Assembly (NCBI RefSeq): GCF_001194135.2
Contig: NC_069002.1
Span: 33,826,732-33,890,731, forward strand
DNA length: 64,000 nucleotides
DNA from: Octopus bimaculoides
Taxonomy: Eukaryota
Reading direction: 5' to 3'
A model generated the notes under the pieces. It worked only from the letters and a program-made list of their open reading frames with translations. It was not told the DNA's origin and searched no databases. Of the stretch, positions 28,130 through 41,789 are shown piece after piece. Numbering within the stretch: the first letter of the stretch is position 1; each line of letters begins with the position of its first letter. The position numbers were made by a program, and so were the translations under genes.

Positions 28130-28200
28130 TCATGAGCTTAAGATTCGAAACCCCTAGCGCAGCTGAGGAGAGGCTCCTCTGATGAGTGAATTCGAAGCTT
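28130..28200 (+). ncRNA. Tandem degenerate hammerhead-ribozyme-like cores
   Basis: tcatgag-cttaagat-tc-gaaac, then gaggag-agg-ctcct hairpin, then CTGATGA-G-tgaatt-C-GAAG; lies 3' of a PLE remnant. Confidence 0.35.
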
Positions 28201-28326
28201 CATGCAGCTCGGAATGCGGTACACATTATTTAGAACAATACAAGTAACTCTCAATAATTGTGTACAGTGCCTTTTGTTTCGTTTAGCCACGCATACATCT
28301 CTCTCTCTCTCTTTCTCTCTCTCTCT

Positions 28327-28378
<52 letters not shown>

Positions 28379-29055
28379 TTGGACCAATATGTGAGTGCTT
28401 TTTCTATCGTGTGTGTAACAAGACCACACCAATATTTTGGAAAACACNNNNNNNNNNNNNNNNNNNNNNNNNNNNNNNNNNNNNNNNNNNNNNNNNNNNN
28501 NNNNNNNNNNNNNNNNNNNNNNNNNNNNNNNNNNNNNNNNNNNNNNNNNNNNNNNNNNNNNNNNNNNNNNNNNNNNNNNNNNNNNNNNNNNNNNNNNNNN
28601 NNNNNNNNNNNNNNNNNNNNNNNNNNNNNNNNNNNNNNNNNNNNNNNNNNNNNNNNNNNNNNNNNNNNNNNNNNNNNNNNNNNNNNNNNNNNNNNNNNNN
28701 NNNNNNNNNNNNNNNNNNNNNNNNNNNNNNNNNNNNNNNNNNNNNNNNNNNNNNNNNNNNNNNNNNNNNNNNNNNNNNNNNNNNNNNNNNNNNNNNNNNN
28801 NNNNNNNNNNNNNNNNNNNNNNNNNNNCTATATTAACTATATTTATGGGATAACATCTGGTCATTGTATTTTATTTTTAAAAAAATATTGATGTAACATC
28901 TTTGCTTTAGTTTTGGATGCTGCTAATATTCTTTATCAGCTGGAACTATGTTTGAGGAACGGGTCGAGAGAAGAGCTCGCTGTAGTGAAATAAACTTTTT
29001 TTATACCCGACGAGATGAATATCAATTCATTAATTTCCAAAACGATTCAATGCTC

Positions 29056-29087
<32 letters not shown>

Positions 29088-29231
29088 GGTGCGTGTGTGT
29101 GTGTGTATTTGGGTGTGTGTGTAGGTTTGCGTGTGTGATACTTACTGGCCTCAGGGATGAAATATATAAAAGAATTAAAGAATAGAATAGTTTATATATG
29201 CTTAGTAGTTACTCTATCATCCTCCTCTGCT

Positions 29232-29420
29232 GAACCGCTAATTGATGGGGACGTAAACACACCAGCATCGGTTCTCAAGCGATGGTGAGGGGACAAACAT
29301 ACACACAAATATATATATATGCGACAGGCTACTTTTAGTTTTGTCGGCCCGAAGCTATAATAGAAAGCACTTGCCCAAGGTGTCACGCAGTGGGTCTGAA
29401 CACGGAGCTATGTGGTTGCT
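29232..29420 (-). mobile_element. SINE family A (CORE, internal short microsatellite, tail)
   Basis: cacttgcccaaggtgtcacgcagtggg (CORE) and gtaaacacaccagcatcggttctcaagcgatgg (tail). Confidence 0.8.
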
Positions 29421-29764
29421 ATATGTATTATTAACTACATATACTTAATGTCTACGCTTGGTGGATTTTCTTTTGGCTGCAATGGCGTGGTGGAGTATAT
29501 ACACCGTCAGAGCTTTGAGTGTAAAACAGCTCGGCGTCTTGGACAGCTAAGATAAAGGGTAAGACAGCTCTCCATTTTCGATACTGGCAATTATGTGGCG
29601 CCCGAATCTCTCGTGCCCGCCAGGGTTGAAAGCAAGCTTCCTCCTAGCTGGTCCACAACTAATACGCATCTGGCTTGTAAAATCATGAACTTGTATGCCC
29701 GAAAATTGCATATCTCAGAGAAAACTACTTATGGAATAAAAATCGCACAAGTATAATAAATATT

Positions 29765-30181
29765 CTTTTCTAGTCTAGGCACAAGACCCGAATTTTTTGA
29801 TGGAGGGCCAGTTGATTAGATCTACCTCCAGTACGCAACTGATACTTAATTTATCGACCCCGAAAGGATGAAAGGCAAAATCGATCACAGCGGAATTTGA
29901 AATCGGAACCTAAAGGCTGACGAAATACCACTAAGCGTTTTGCCCAGTGTACTAACATTTCTTATTTCTTTACTACCCACAGAGGGGAAAAACAAGCACA
30001 AACAAACGGATTAAGTCTATTACGTCGACCCCAGTGCGTAACTGGTACTTATCTAATCGACCCCGAAAGTTTCCAAAGCAAAGTCGACCTCGGTAGAATT
30101 TGAACTTAGAACGAAACGGCAGACGAAACACCACTAAGCATTTCGCCCGGTGTGCTAACGTTTCTGTCAGCTCACCGCCTT
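29765..30181 (-). mobile_element. SINE family B dimer
   Basis: Two units; junction reverse complement aaagaaataagaaatgttagtacac at about 29947-29971, same as the 12200 and 48910 junctions. Confidence 0.9.
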
Positions 30182-31239
30182 CACTAGTATGATAAATATA
30201 CTTAATGTATATGTCTTGTGAATTTTAGTGGGGTTGAAATAGCGCGGCGGAGTATATACACTCTCAAAACACTGGGTTACAAAAGAAACCATTAGTGTAG
30301 GACCTTTTTTCATATTTATTTATGAATATGTTTGTGTGTGGGGGGGATGTATGTGTATGTATATTTATGTGTACGAATATATGTTTGTCAGGACTAATGT
30401 ATGCGTATATGTTTGCGATTGATTATAAATGTGTGTGTGTGTGTGTGTGTATGTGTGTGTGTGGNNNNNNNNNNTGTGTGTGTGTGTATGTGTGTGTGTG
30501 GGTGTGTGGGTGTGTGTGTGTGTGTGTGTGTGTGTGTTTACGTATATTTATTTATGTACAAGTTCGTATATTGTCATATGTAGAAATATATTTATTTGTA
30601 TTTATGCATACAATGTTATCGTATGCACATCCATATAAATAGATGTATATGCAGGCGTGCGTACGTGTGCGTATATACACGTATATGTAGGCGTGCGTAC
30701 GTGTGCGTATATACACATATATGTATGTGTGTGTATGTGTGTATGTGCCTGTGTACGCGTGCAGATATGTGTCTTTGTAAGCTTAAACGTTCAAATATGC
30801 GGCATCTATTTCCCTGCGTTCAATCGCTATATGATCTCGAAGTAATTAATTAATTAATTATATTTTTTTTCATTCAAATCTTCTGAAAGTATTAATTACA
30901 AATTTGAAACTTATTTCGTATTCGTCACTCTATGTATGTAAGCGAATGTTTTTTTCTGCGTAAGATTATTTGAAAGTACTTATAATTTAATTTAATCAGA
31001 CGAATATTAACTCTACGGTTTATTCGTATTGTTTTCGTTGCTGTTTCACCCCAGGTCAACCTCATTGAACGAAGCTATTATTAAAATCATAGAAATCATA
31101 AACATCCTAATTATTCTTATGAGTAAAACCTCAGTATCACATTGGTGAACCCAATGTATAACCGCAAGCTATAAGACACCTTTTCGATTTGTCAATTTAA
31201 GCGTAAGTTTTGATTTTCATTTGACACTACTGCGTGTAT

Positions 31240-31624
31240 GGAGGCGCAATGGCCCAGTGGTTAGGGCAGCGGACTTGCGGTCGTAGGATGGCGGTTTCGA
31301 TTCCCATACCGGGTGTTGTGAGTGTTTATTGAGCGAAAACACCTAAAGCTTTTAGAGGCTCCGGCAGGGGATGGTGGCGAACCCTGCTGTACTCTTTCAC
31401 CGCAACTTTCTCTCACTCTTACTTCCTGTTTCTGTTGTACCTGTATTTCAAAGGGCCAGCCTTGTCACACTGTGTCACGCTGAATATCCCCGAGAACTAC
31501 GTTATGGGTACACGTGTCCGTGGAGTGCTCAGCCACTTGCACGTTAATTTCACGAGCAGGCTGTTCCGTTGATCGGATCAACTGGAACCCTCGACGTCGT
31601 AAGCGACGGAGTGCCAATAACAAT
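31240..31624 (+). mobile_element. Full-length SINE family C (about 385 bp)
   Basis: tRNA-like head ggaggcgcaatggcccagtggttagggcagcg...ggtttcgattccc; near-identical head at 62850; inverted copy at 37264-37638. Confidence 0.9.
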
Positions 31625-31771
31625 TTACAGAGTGCTTGTGGGTGTATGGTGTGTCTATTATGGTGATCGTGAGTGCAACATTAAGGCTCGAAACCACGCA
31701 ACCTCACATATGAATATTGATTTGATATTTTGGAACAAGGAAGACAAGTTTGGAGAGGGAGTACGTCCATT

Positions 31772-31920
31772 AGATCGACACCAGTGCTCAAAAGCGACTT
31801 ATTTTATCAACATCGATAGGATGAGCAATGAACTGATTGCGGCGTCATTTCAAACATGATTCTATAAACGGACGAAATGCCGCTAATTATGTTCATGATG
31901 TGCTAACGATTGCTAGATGG
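31772..31920 (-). mobile_element. Old SINE family B monomer
   Basis: atcgacaccagtgctcaa...acggacgaaatgccgctaa...tgctaacgatt. Confidence 0.6.
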
Positions 31921-31961
31921 CTGCATTGAATACTCACATATAAAACTTCACATTCACTATA

Positions 31962-32168
31962 CAGTAATCACTCGACTAGCGCGGATATCATGTTCCAGCA
32001 CCCATGCAATAAGTAAAAATGAGCGAAGTAGAAACAGTACTATACTGTATATTTAAAACGATATTTTTATAATGTGTATATATTTATTTTATTATAATTG
32101 CAAAACAACACCGCAGAGGAACCGACGTAAGATTAAATAATAAACCGCGATATGACGGATTTACGATA
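31962..32168 (+). mobile_element. Tigger/pogo-like MITE, copy 1
   Basis: TA|CAGTAATCACTCGACTAGCGCGG start; body alignable by eye with 58904-59121; right TIR degenerate. Confidence 0.7.
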
Positions 32169-32241
32169 TGACTATATTAGGTTAAAATACCATTACAAGC
32201 GTGTGAATATACATACATACATATCTATATCCATCTGTCTG

Positions 32242-32336
<95 letters not shown>

Positions 32337-33059
32337 NNNNNNNNNNNNNNNNNNNNNNNNNNNNNNNNNNNNNNNNNNNNNNNNNNNNNNNNNNNNNNNN
32401 NNNNNNNNNNNNNNNNNNNNNNNNNNNNNNNNNNNNNNNNNNNNNNNNNNNNNNNNNNNNNNNNNNNNNNNNNNNNNNNNNNNNNNNNNNNNNNNNNNNN
32501 NNNNNNNNNNNNNNNNNNNNNNNNNNNNNNNNNNNNNNNNNNNNNNNNNNNNNNNNNNNNNNNNNNNNNNNNNNNNNNNNNNNNNNNNNNNNNNNNNNNN
32601 NNNNNNNNNNNNNNNNNNNNNNNNNNNNNNNNNNNNNNNNNNNNNNNNNNNNNNNNNNNNNNNNNNNNNNNNNNNNNNNNNNNNNNNNNNNNNNNNNNNN
32701 NNNNNNNNNNNNNNNNNNNNNNNNNNNNNNNNNNNNNNNNNNNNNNNNNNNNNNNNNNNNNNNNNNNNNNNNNNNNNNNNNNNNNNNNNNNNNNNNNNNN
32801 NNNNNNNNNNNNNNNNNNNNNNNNNNNNNNNNNNNNNNNNNNNNNNNNNNNNNNNNNNNNNNNNNNNNNNNNNNNNNNNGGGGGGGGGGGGAGGCTACTA
32901 CCGGCGTAAGTTGAATATACAATTCTGTTGGACTATTTTGGTTATGTCATAAATTAAAAAAGTGAAAAGTAAAAATACCGGGAGTTATACAACTTAATGT
33001 GACAACAGTTAACCATAATTTATTTATCGATAATTTCCTAATCAATTAGCATAATTAAA

Positions 33060-33290
33060 TTAAACGAGGAGCATTTCAAAACAGTAAAACTGAATTAAGT
33101 GAACTGGGAGGCAAAATATTTCTATTCTGCGCACGTGATAATAGGAGCAGTCAAGACTTATCATACAATTCTACAAACCATAAACATGAAAATTGTTGTA
33201 ATTTACTACCTGACACAACTATATAACGTAAATGGAGTTTATTACAGAAAATATCAATAATTCTATATATGCTTACTTCGTAGTCTGGGT
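33060..33290 (+). mobile_element. Possible very old PLE endonuclease remnant
   Basis: Short motifs SKTELSE (cf. NETELSK) and IIGAVKTYH in different frames. Confidence 0.2.
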
Positions 33291-33870
33291 GAAAATATTC
33301 TGTACTACTCCAATTCTTAAGTAGAAAGGGTCTGGTCAGTTAAGAGGAGACTCTTGCTCAGGTAATTTCAAAAATAAAAACCGTTAATCGATGGAACAGA
33401 AATAGGTAAATAAGGAATATTTGTTGAAAGGGGTAATAAAGTCGCTTATATGAACACAGATTGAACTCTTTAGATAAACGAAATCAGAGGGATAATTAAT
33501 GGTTAAGGGGAGGCAATTATGGATTTTTCAAGTAATATTTTTAAGCTTATGTTTATAGTTCTCAGGTTGTTAAACAAGTATTATTTATGTCTTATATTAT
33601 ATAAGTACGTTTTGATGGGCGGTTTATACCTGTATCTATGCATATGTAGATGCAAAAGGAACACTTATATATCAATCTTAATTATATATATGTATGTATA
33701 CTTTAAGTATATAATATATATTTTTATGTAAATAATGATAAAGTAAAATGGGTTATATAGTTTTTCAGTTAACAAAAAAGAGAGGTGATGAATGTAACAA
33801 ACATACGTTTGTTTTCTACACCACCTGTCTTCGTATTTTGTTTTTTGTGAATTCTCCCTCTCTCTCTCTT

Positions 33871-33967
<97 letters not shown>

Positions 33968-35199
33968 ATATATATATTTATTATATACCCATCGGTGCTG
34001 TTTTGTTCACGTCCCCTTACCTCTTAGAGATTCGGCAAGAGAATACGGTAGAATATCAGGTTTGAAACAATGTAAGTAATGGTGTTATCTTTCTCCACTA
34101 AACCATTCAAAATGTTTGCTGCAGTATGGCCGGTGTTGAATGACGAAAACAACTGAATGATAAAAGAAGAAATACACATGCACACATACGTCAATGAAGG
34201 GAGAATATTTTCCTGAACATTATTAAATTTGTAAACTTAGTAAACGTTAAAACGTTAAAATCTCAACCTTTATACAAAAGTGCATGTTGTAACGATGACA
34301 GGATTTAACAATTTATCGTAACCACTAGAATAAATTCAAAGAAAAAGAATATATGAAACATAATAAGGAAACATAATTATCGGAATACTGAAAGCTTTAG
34401 TAGTGTTTACGAAAACAACTATAATCAGATCACAAGTTATACATGCTTTATATTATAGCAACACTCAAAATATTTCTGAAATTGTAATTGCCGAAAAAAA
34501 TATGTGCTTATAGAAGTATGCTTTTATAATGATTGTTGAAAGGAAAACGTTTCGAGTGTGAAGCTTGAAAATGTCATACAGCTCAGAATTTAACAAAAAA
34601 AAAATAAAGAAATTGTAAGAGAAGTTTCATTAATTATAACTGTACTACTACCACTACTGACGTTGCCCATGAAAATGATGACAATTGCGCTGCTGATGAC
34701 GATGATGACGATGATGACGTTGATGATGATGATGATGTGTAATCGTATCTTATTGCCCAGAAGAGTCATGCAGATGGGAACAGCATATCCTAAAATCATA
34801 AGAATAATAAAAAGCATAAACAAATTTAAGAATATAGGAAATGCATAAAAAGATTTTTGAGTACCAAACAAACAACTTGAAAGAATATAGACTGATAACT
34901 TTTCCCAGAATATTCTAAAAGCAAAGACACTCACACAAACACCAACCATATACGCGTACAAACATATGTACATACATATATATATTTAGTTGTCTCTTCC
35001 AATATAGATATATAGGAATAAAGATATATATGCGTGTGCTTGTGCCTGTCTTTGCGTGTGTGTGTGTATGTGTGTAGAGGGGGAGTGCGCGCGATGCGTG
35101 TATATAACAAAGTTAGGATATTGATGACGTTTGGACTTACCAAGAACCTGCGTATGATGAATATATATATGTATATATATATATATATGTGTGTGTGTG

Positions 35200-35227
<28 letters not shown>

Positions 35228-35230
<3 letters not shown>

Positions 35231-35431
35231 TGCACACGGGGTGACGTGCTTAGTGGTATTTCACCCGTCTTTATGTTCTGAGTACAAACTACGCAGATGC
35301 CGACTTTGCCTTTTCGGGGCCGATAAATCAAGTACCAGTTACTCACTGAGGTCGATGTAATCGACTTAATCTCTTTGTCTGTTCTCGATTGTTCCCCACT
35401 ATGTTTAGCCCCCTTGTGGGCAGAAAAGAAA
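35228..35431 (+). mobile_element. SINE family B, 5'-truncated unit with the dimer left-unit tail, followed by (TA)n
   Basis: ...gtcgatgtaatcgacttaatc...tatgtttagcccccttgtgggcagaaaagaaata. Confidence 0.8.
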
Positions 35432-35434
35432 TAT

Positions 35435-35480
<46 letters not shown>

Positions 35481-36559
35481 NNNNNNNNNNNNNNNNNNNN
35501 NNNNNNNNNNNNNNNNNNNNNNNNNNNNNNNNNNNNNNNNNNNNNNNNNNNNNNNNNNNNNNNNNNNNNNNNNNNNNNNNNNNNNNNNNNNNNNNNNNNN
35601 NNNNNNNNNNNNNNNNNNNNNNNNNNNNNNNNNNNNNNNNNNNNNNNNNNNNNNNNNNNNNNNNNNNNNNNNNNNNNNNNNNNNNNNNNNNNNNNNNNNN
35701 NNNNNNNNNNNNNNNNNNNNNNNNNNNNNNNNNNNNNNNNNNNNNNNNNNNNNNNNNNNNNNNNNNNNNNNNNNNNNNNNNNNNNNNNNNNNNNNNNNNN
35801 NNNNNNNNNNNNATATATATATATATTTATATATATATATATATATATATATTACACGCACAACATATACATACACACACAGACGCGGCCCTACACACAC
35901 ATATATTTAGGCACACACACACTCACGCACGCGAACATATATATTTATGAGTACGGTTCCATTCATCATTCATATCAGCTTTACTCCTTTTTCCTCTAAT
36001 AGAGCCAAAACGACATTTGCTTATGTTCTTCCAATTGCCTTTAATGCTACATCATATCAACAGACAAAGAATTCCATTTTTGTATAGCGATATCGCTTAA
36101 TATTCGCTTGAACACCTTGAAAATACGTATGTGCGATGCATCTGTAATTAAAACCTCCATGTCTGCAAGATAACATCATCCGTCTTTAATGAACAGCGTA
36201 TAACGTGTGACCCAGGGGAGATTCGTATCCTATTTCTATCGGTTACTTTGTGAATATTCAGAATAGTACAGCAGTAAACAATAGAAATGAAAGCAGAAAT
36301 AAAATTTGACCAAGCTTTTAATATTGCAACAGGGGTAGCTTAAGATTATATTTCCCAAAACATACCATTGTATTCCAATACTTGAATGAGAAAAATTCAA
36401 GTTTTGGTGGAAGGCACAATGGCTAGCAAACAGTAATTGCCTCAAGTATTGCAACTCTAACCTAATTTAAACTGGCACTGCTTACCAAATTCCTTTTGTC
36501 TCTGCTGGTTTTATGAGAACATTTCTTGCATAATTCTCTTTTTATGGTGCACTTTCTGA

Positions 36560-36960
36560 AGAACTTCCTTGTCTTGGTATCAATGCAGACCAAGAGGGAG
36601 GGTGAGAGACAGAGAGAGCCAATGTAAGAGGGAGAGAGACAAACTTAGAGGGAAAGAGAAAGAAAGAAAGAGTGAGTATGTTACTAATGGACAGAAAGAA
36701 CGAATGAAAGCAAGGGAGATTAAAGAGAGACAGACGCGGATGGATGAAATTGTGATATATATGAGTAACAGAGAAAGACTTTTGGTGGGGGAGAGAAACG
36801 GAGAGAAGAACAATCAGAAATATAGAGACATAAAAGAGAGTGAGAGACGGGAGGGAAAACGAGGGACAGAGAGAGAGAGAGTAATAAGGAAAAGGGTGAT
36901 AGCGCAACAAAGAACGTGAAGCATATAGAAAGACGAAGAAGTGAAAAGGAAGAAACAAGA
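36560..36960. repeat. Degenerate GA-rich purine tract
   Basis: Directly visible. Confidence 0.8.
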
Positions 36961-37263
36961 ATTTTGAGGTGGGGAGAAGTGATTACAAGAACTGTGACTT
37001 GGCTTTTTTTTACGTTTCAATTGTTGATTTTGTTGTTGCTCATTCGTTCTTTATTGTTTTGTCTTATTCTACCAGTGAATACAATAGAATCTAAGAGATA
37101 ACACTGAGTTGAAGTAAAACGCCAAATCGATAGTTCGGTGGCATTTTAAATGGCTCATGGAGTGGAGGTTCGTATTCTGTTAAATATGATCTGCTACGCA
37201 GGTATGGCTATATGTCAAATAGCTTATATTTTCTTGAAGATGCTGGTTCTAAACATGCATACT

Positions 37264-37638
37264 GTGGCAATTTGTCTGTTACGATGACAAGGGTTGTAGT
37301 TGATCCGATCAACGGAACAGTCCGCACATGAAATTAACGTGCAAGTCGCTGAGCACTCCACAGACACGTGTATCCTTAACGTGGTTCTCGGGGAGATTCA
37401 CCGTGACAAAGTGAGACAAGGCTGACCCTTTGAATTACAGGCACAACAGAAACAGGAAGAAAGAGTGAGAGAATGTTGTGGTGCAAGAGTATAGCAGAGT
37501 TCGCCACCAACCCCTGCCGGAGCTTCGTGGAGCTTTAGATGTTTTCGCTCAATAAACGCTCTCAACGATTCTGGGAATCGAAACTGCAATCCTACGACCG
37601 CGAGTCCGCTGCCTTAACCACTGGGCCATTGAACCTCC
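37264..37638 (-). mobile_element. Full-length SINE family C
   Basis: Reverse complement of 31240-31624 over its whole length. Confidence 0.9.
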
Positions 37639-37749
37639 ACAAATATGCATCTAGACACAAGCATATCTGAATACACACACGCGCACAGATATATATGTAC
37701 ATTTATATAATCTATGCATATAATGTGTGGAGGTTAGATACGGGCTGTG

Positions 37750-38200
37750 TTTGTATATATAGATTGAATAAGTAAAAACCAGAAGGCACTCAATATGGAC
37801 AAGTTTTAACAAAGGCGGTATTTGTTTCGTTTACAATTAGAAAGGTAAAAGATAGTTAACATTTCGGAAGCGAGTCATTCATCAGAGAAAGGAAGAAGAA
37901 AAATTGTCAGTGGGAAGTAAGGGATAGAAAAAAGTGTTTATGAATCCGGAAGGAATGCGGTTTTCTGGGGAAGAGGTTAGGAAGACACAAGAGTTGGTAA
38001 ATTGCGTGCATGTATTGGAGGCTGTCTGTTTAATGGGATGGGTGTCGGGGATAGAGAGTGAGTAGAAATTAGGTAAATTTTACGGGTACTAGGTTAACTG
38101 ACATTCCAGACATACTGGAGAATATTTAGTAAAATTCACATTACGGCTGGTACACTGGCAGGCACATTCGTATTATTATTGGTTAGAATTACGATCCATA
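37750..38200 (-). mobile_element. Decayed Neptune-like PLE 3' end with hammerhead-like core
   Basis: Minus strand CACQCTSRNV...CLEC (cf. FTCTSSNVIY.I.C..C preceding YIG), then a CT-rich stretch and CTGATGA-atgactcgcttcc-GAAA at 37885-37862. Confidence 0.4.
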
Positions 38201-39291
38201 AAGTTTGTCAAGCCGCTCAGGCGTTGATAAATATAACTAAATGTGAAAAATCTAAAAAGCTTGATTCAACTTCTCATATATTTAATTAGTACATATTTAA
38301 TCAGTTCACCGGAAAAGACGTATTTACATTCGCTTTTACTTTACAAGTTGCTGTTCCAACTCTAGTGTACTCCTTTCAATATAGTTAATTGACTAAGTCG
38401 ACTAGATTTGAACCAAGCATCTATCCATTAAAGCTGCAACAAAAATGACTACAACATATAATGAATAAATATAATGAAAGTAGTAATAAAGAAAATAAAA
38501 AAAAAACAGTCATACTGAAGCAAACTACTAAAGACTGTTATCAAATCTCGCCAAATCCCATGAGATTTATATAACAGTTAGCCGTATTTATTAAACAATT
38601 TTCAAGTAGTCTCTCATACGCATCATTAATTTATCGAAGCGCTCCATTGCTACTAATACTACATCATTCTTTGATCAAAGAGTTTATATATTTGAGCTAG
38701 CTAAGAACTTCCTAACATGTATAACAAACATTAAAAGATAAAGTTATATTTGACGTAATTTCTTCTTGTTTACATGAAGGTCTGGCGGAAAGATTCGAAA
38801 CGAAATAACCACTCACAAACACGTCTTTATTAGGTGTTGATGTTATTGTTGTTGCTTTTATTAGCCCCAGTTTTCAATTCATCGAGCAGTTCTACGATCA
38901 AAGCTGTTCCACTCATGACCACTCCACCATTTTTGTTTTACCAACGCTTATATTATCAGTTGTATTGCTTCTCTCAGATGATCACAAGATTTTGATTGGG
39001 GTTTGATGAGAATTTTAAAACCAGATTAAATTAAAGCTTCGGGTCCCAGTATTGAGAATTTTGTTCCGAAATCTACTGTATGTGATTCGAATTCATATCA
39101 TTTGGTGTACGGTTGATTTACGTTACACTGCACATTTAGAGTGTGAATATGACTACAGCAGTAAAATGAAAATTAGTGTGTAAACCTCATTGATACTGGG
39201 TCTCAAAATTTTTACTGTGTATTGTAATGGAGTTTCGTAAGAAGAGGTTACTTTTGTATTTCAGATGAAAGTTGATAACTGTAATATTTTC

Positions 39292-39497
39292 TACCATAGG
39301 CACACGGCCTGGAATTTTGTGGGAGGGAGTAAGTCGTTTGTATCGACCTAAGGATTCGATTGATACTTCTTTAGCGACCAGAAAAAGGTGGAAAGCGAAA
39401 ATGACCTCGGCGGAATTTTAAGTGAGAAAGTAATGACAAACGGAAAGCCGCTAAGCATTTCGTCGGGCGTACTAATGATTATACTAGCTCGGCAACT
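39292..39497 (-). mobile_element. SINE family B monomer
   Basis: gacctcggcggaatttt...ccgctaagcatttcgtcgggcgtactaatgatt. Confidence 0.75.
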
Positions 39498-40635
39498 AAA
39501 GAAGAAGAAGAAATAGATAGATGGATAGATAGATATAGAGATACAGATATACAAAGAATAGCTTCCCTCATATGCGCCACCTCAGAACGTGTGCCTACGA
39601 AAGTAAAAGCTGCAATATTTCTATACGAAAACTGCAAAACTGTGAGTAAAATTTTAAACTTCACATGCTAAATTTTAATTCCATATACATCCATATTTAT
39701 ACAAGACCTCTCTCTATATATATATGCACACATATATATATATATATATTTATATATATTGAGTTATATATATACATGTGTGTGTGTTTTGTATGTTTAT
39801 GTGACTGGATTCGAACGACTTTGCCTATATTTTTTTCTGTAGATACATACATACATATATTTATGTGTGTATGATTGAAGACTTACAAATAAATAACAAT
39901 TTGAAAAAGTGTTTAATTATATATTCTAGATTATATGTAGTGTAACTTATATCTAACATATGTTTCAAAAGATACAATTGTTTCATTTCGTCTTCACGTT
40001 TTATTCTGCAAAACGATTCCTTTAACGTTCCTACATCTAATTCATTTCATTTTTCTCACCATATGTTTCTCTGTGTCTCTTTCATTCAATTCCAAATATA
40101 TACTTTGTTAGATTCTTTACTGTATTTCCTTGGACATATTTCATTTATATTTTCGTTGCTACATTTTTCAGTATATTTTATATAAATTAGTCAATAAATA
40201 ACATTTTTCTGTAAGTTTTCAAGTCAAATGTATTTATCTCCAATACCATATTTCTTTCAAATGTTATACATATTGGAATTCTGTATGAAGTTTAAAGTAA
40301 ATTAACATTTAATTTCATCTCAAAATTTTGAATCTATATCATACACACATTCATACATAGACAGAGACGTTGTGTACATAAATCTTTATGTTTTTATATT
40401 TGTTAGCATTCCTCCTAGAAATCTGGAGATGGATTCTATCAAAGAAGCAAGAAGACCATAACTGGTAGTTGCAAAAAAGCAAAGGATAATTGTTATTTAT
40501 AGAATTTTAAGAACGTCTTTCATATGTTAACACTATCATTTATAAATTGCGTTTGTATACTGTCAGACAATCTTTGTATGCAAGTTCTCTGTGTGTTTGA
40601 TGGTAACTTTGATCTTTATTTGTATAAACAAGGGT

Positions 40636-40727
40636 GCAGGAGTGGCTGCGTGGTAAGTAGATTGCCCACCAACCACATGGTTCTGCGTTCAGTCCCACTG
40701 CGTAGCACCTTGGGCAAGTGTCTTCTA
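40636..40727 (+). mobile_element. SINE family A head + CORE
   Basis: gcaggagtggctgcgtggtaagtag...gttcagtcccactgcgtagcaccttgggcaagtgtcttcta. Confidence 0.85.
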
Positions 40728-41789
40728 TGTGTTATGTTTATTTTCATATCCATATGCTTACATATATGTGCATATACTCATATATGCCTCCCACACGCAC
40801 ATGCATAGTCGTTGCCATTGGTTTGCCTGAATTTGTTGCAAACAATACTAGCATTACTCAACCTCAGAGTAAATAAATTGAAAGAGAATGCGTAATATCA
40901 AGAGGTGACACTCTAGAAAGCTATCGTATTATTGTTATGGCGATAAGTGTAATATACTGAAAGAGTATAAATTACTTTGAAGGGTGTAAAACAAAAGATC
41001 TATAGAGGCGATGTAATATATTAATACATTAACATTAATCTGATGAATATAAAGTTACATTATTATATTTTGTCCAAGTAGATTAAGTGTTCCGGCTTGT
41101 GTTAAAATCTTGTAAAGCTTTTATATAAAAATATACAAGATTCTCAATGCTTAAAATTATCTAATTACCGAGTTTCTGTTGTTTAGTTTTCATATAATAG
41201 GTTCTGCTAACTAATTTCTATTCTGAAAACCCTTTTTTTCTTTTAATTATTTTGTTTTGAATCTAGTATGCGATGTCAAGCAATTTTCGAATTCCACTTC
41301 ATACTTATTGAGGTAATAATTGTATATCTTGCTTTTATTTTTCCGTTATGAGTATTGGCTACTAAGCACTTGAGATTGTTGGAAGTACAGAACTATTTAA
41401 GAGTCGATATTTTTGTTATTTGTCATTACAGTTTGCATTTAAATTCCATTGAGATCAACATTGAATTACATCCTTTCAGACCGTTAAATCAAATTCTCAG
41501 TCATTTTCAGGGAGCGATTAAATATATTAACACCCTTTCCACAAAATTCCTAATCTTGAGCTTAAATAACGTACTGTTAATGCTAAAAACCTGAGATAAT
41601 TATATTTCGGATTTACATATTTTTTTAATGATTTCTTTTCTTGATATCCGGGTTCTACTTTTGGAATTCAGATTCTCTGGAGTTTTTATTATAATTAACA
41701 CTAATAAATATTTTCTATTTAATCACTATTATTTTCTCTTCCCACAAACCGTACGTTATTTTTTTTACTCGATATACACCTAGGTTTAT

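Noticed and set aside
31240-31312. tRNA gene at SINE heads (also 62850, 40636, 48679)
   Set aside because: Heads continue into shared SINE bodies and lack a proper acceptor stem or terminator
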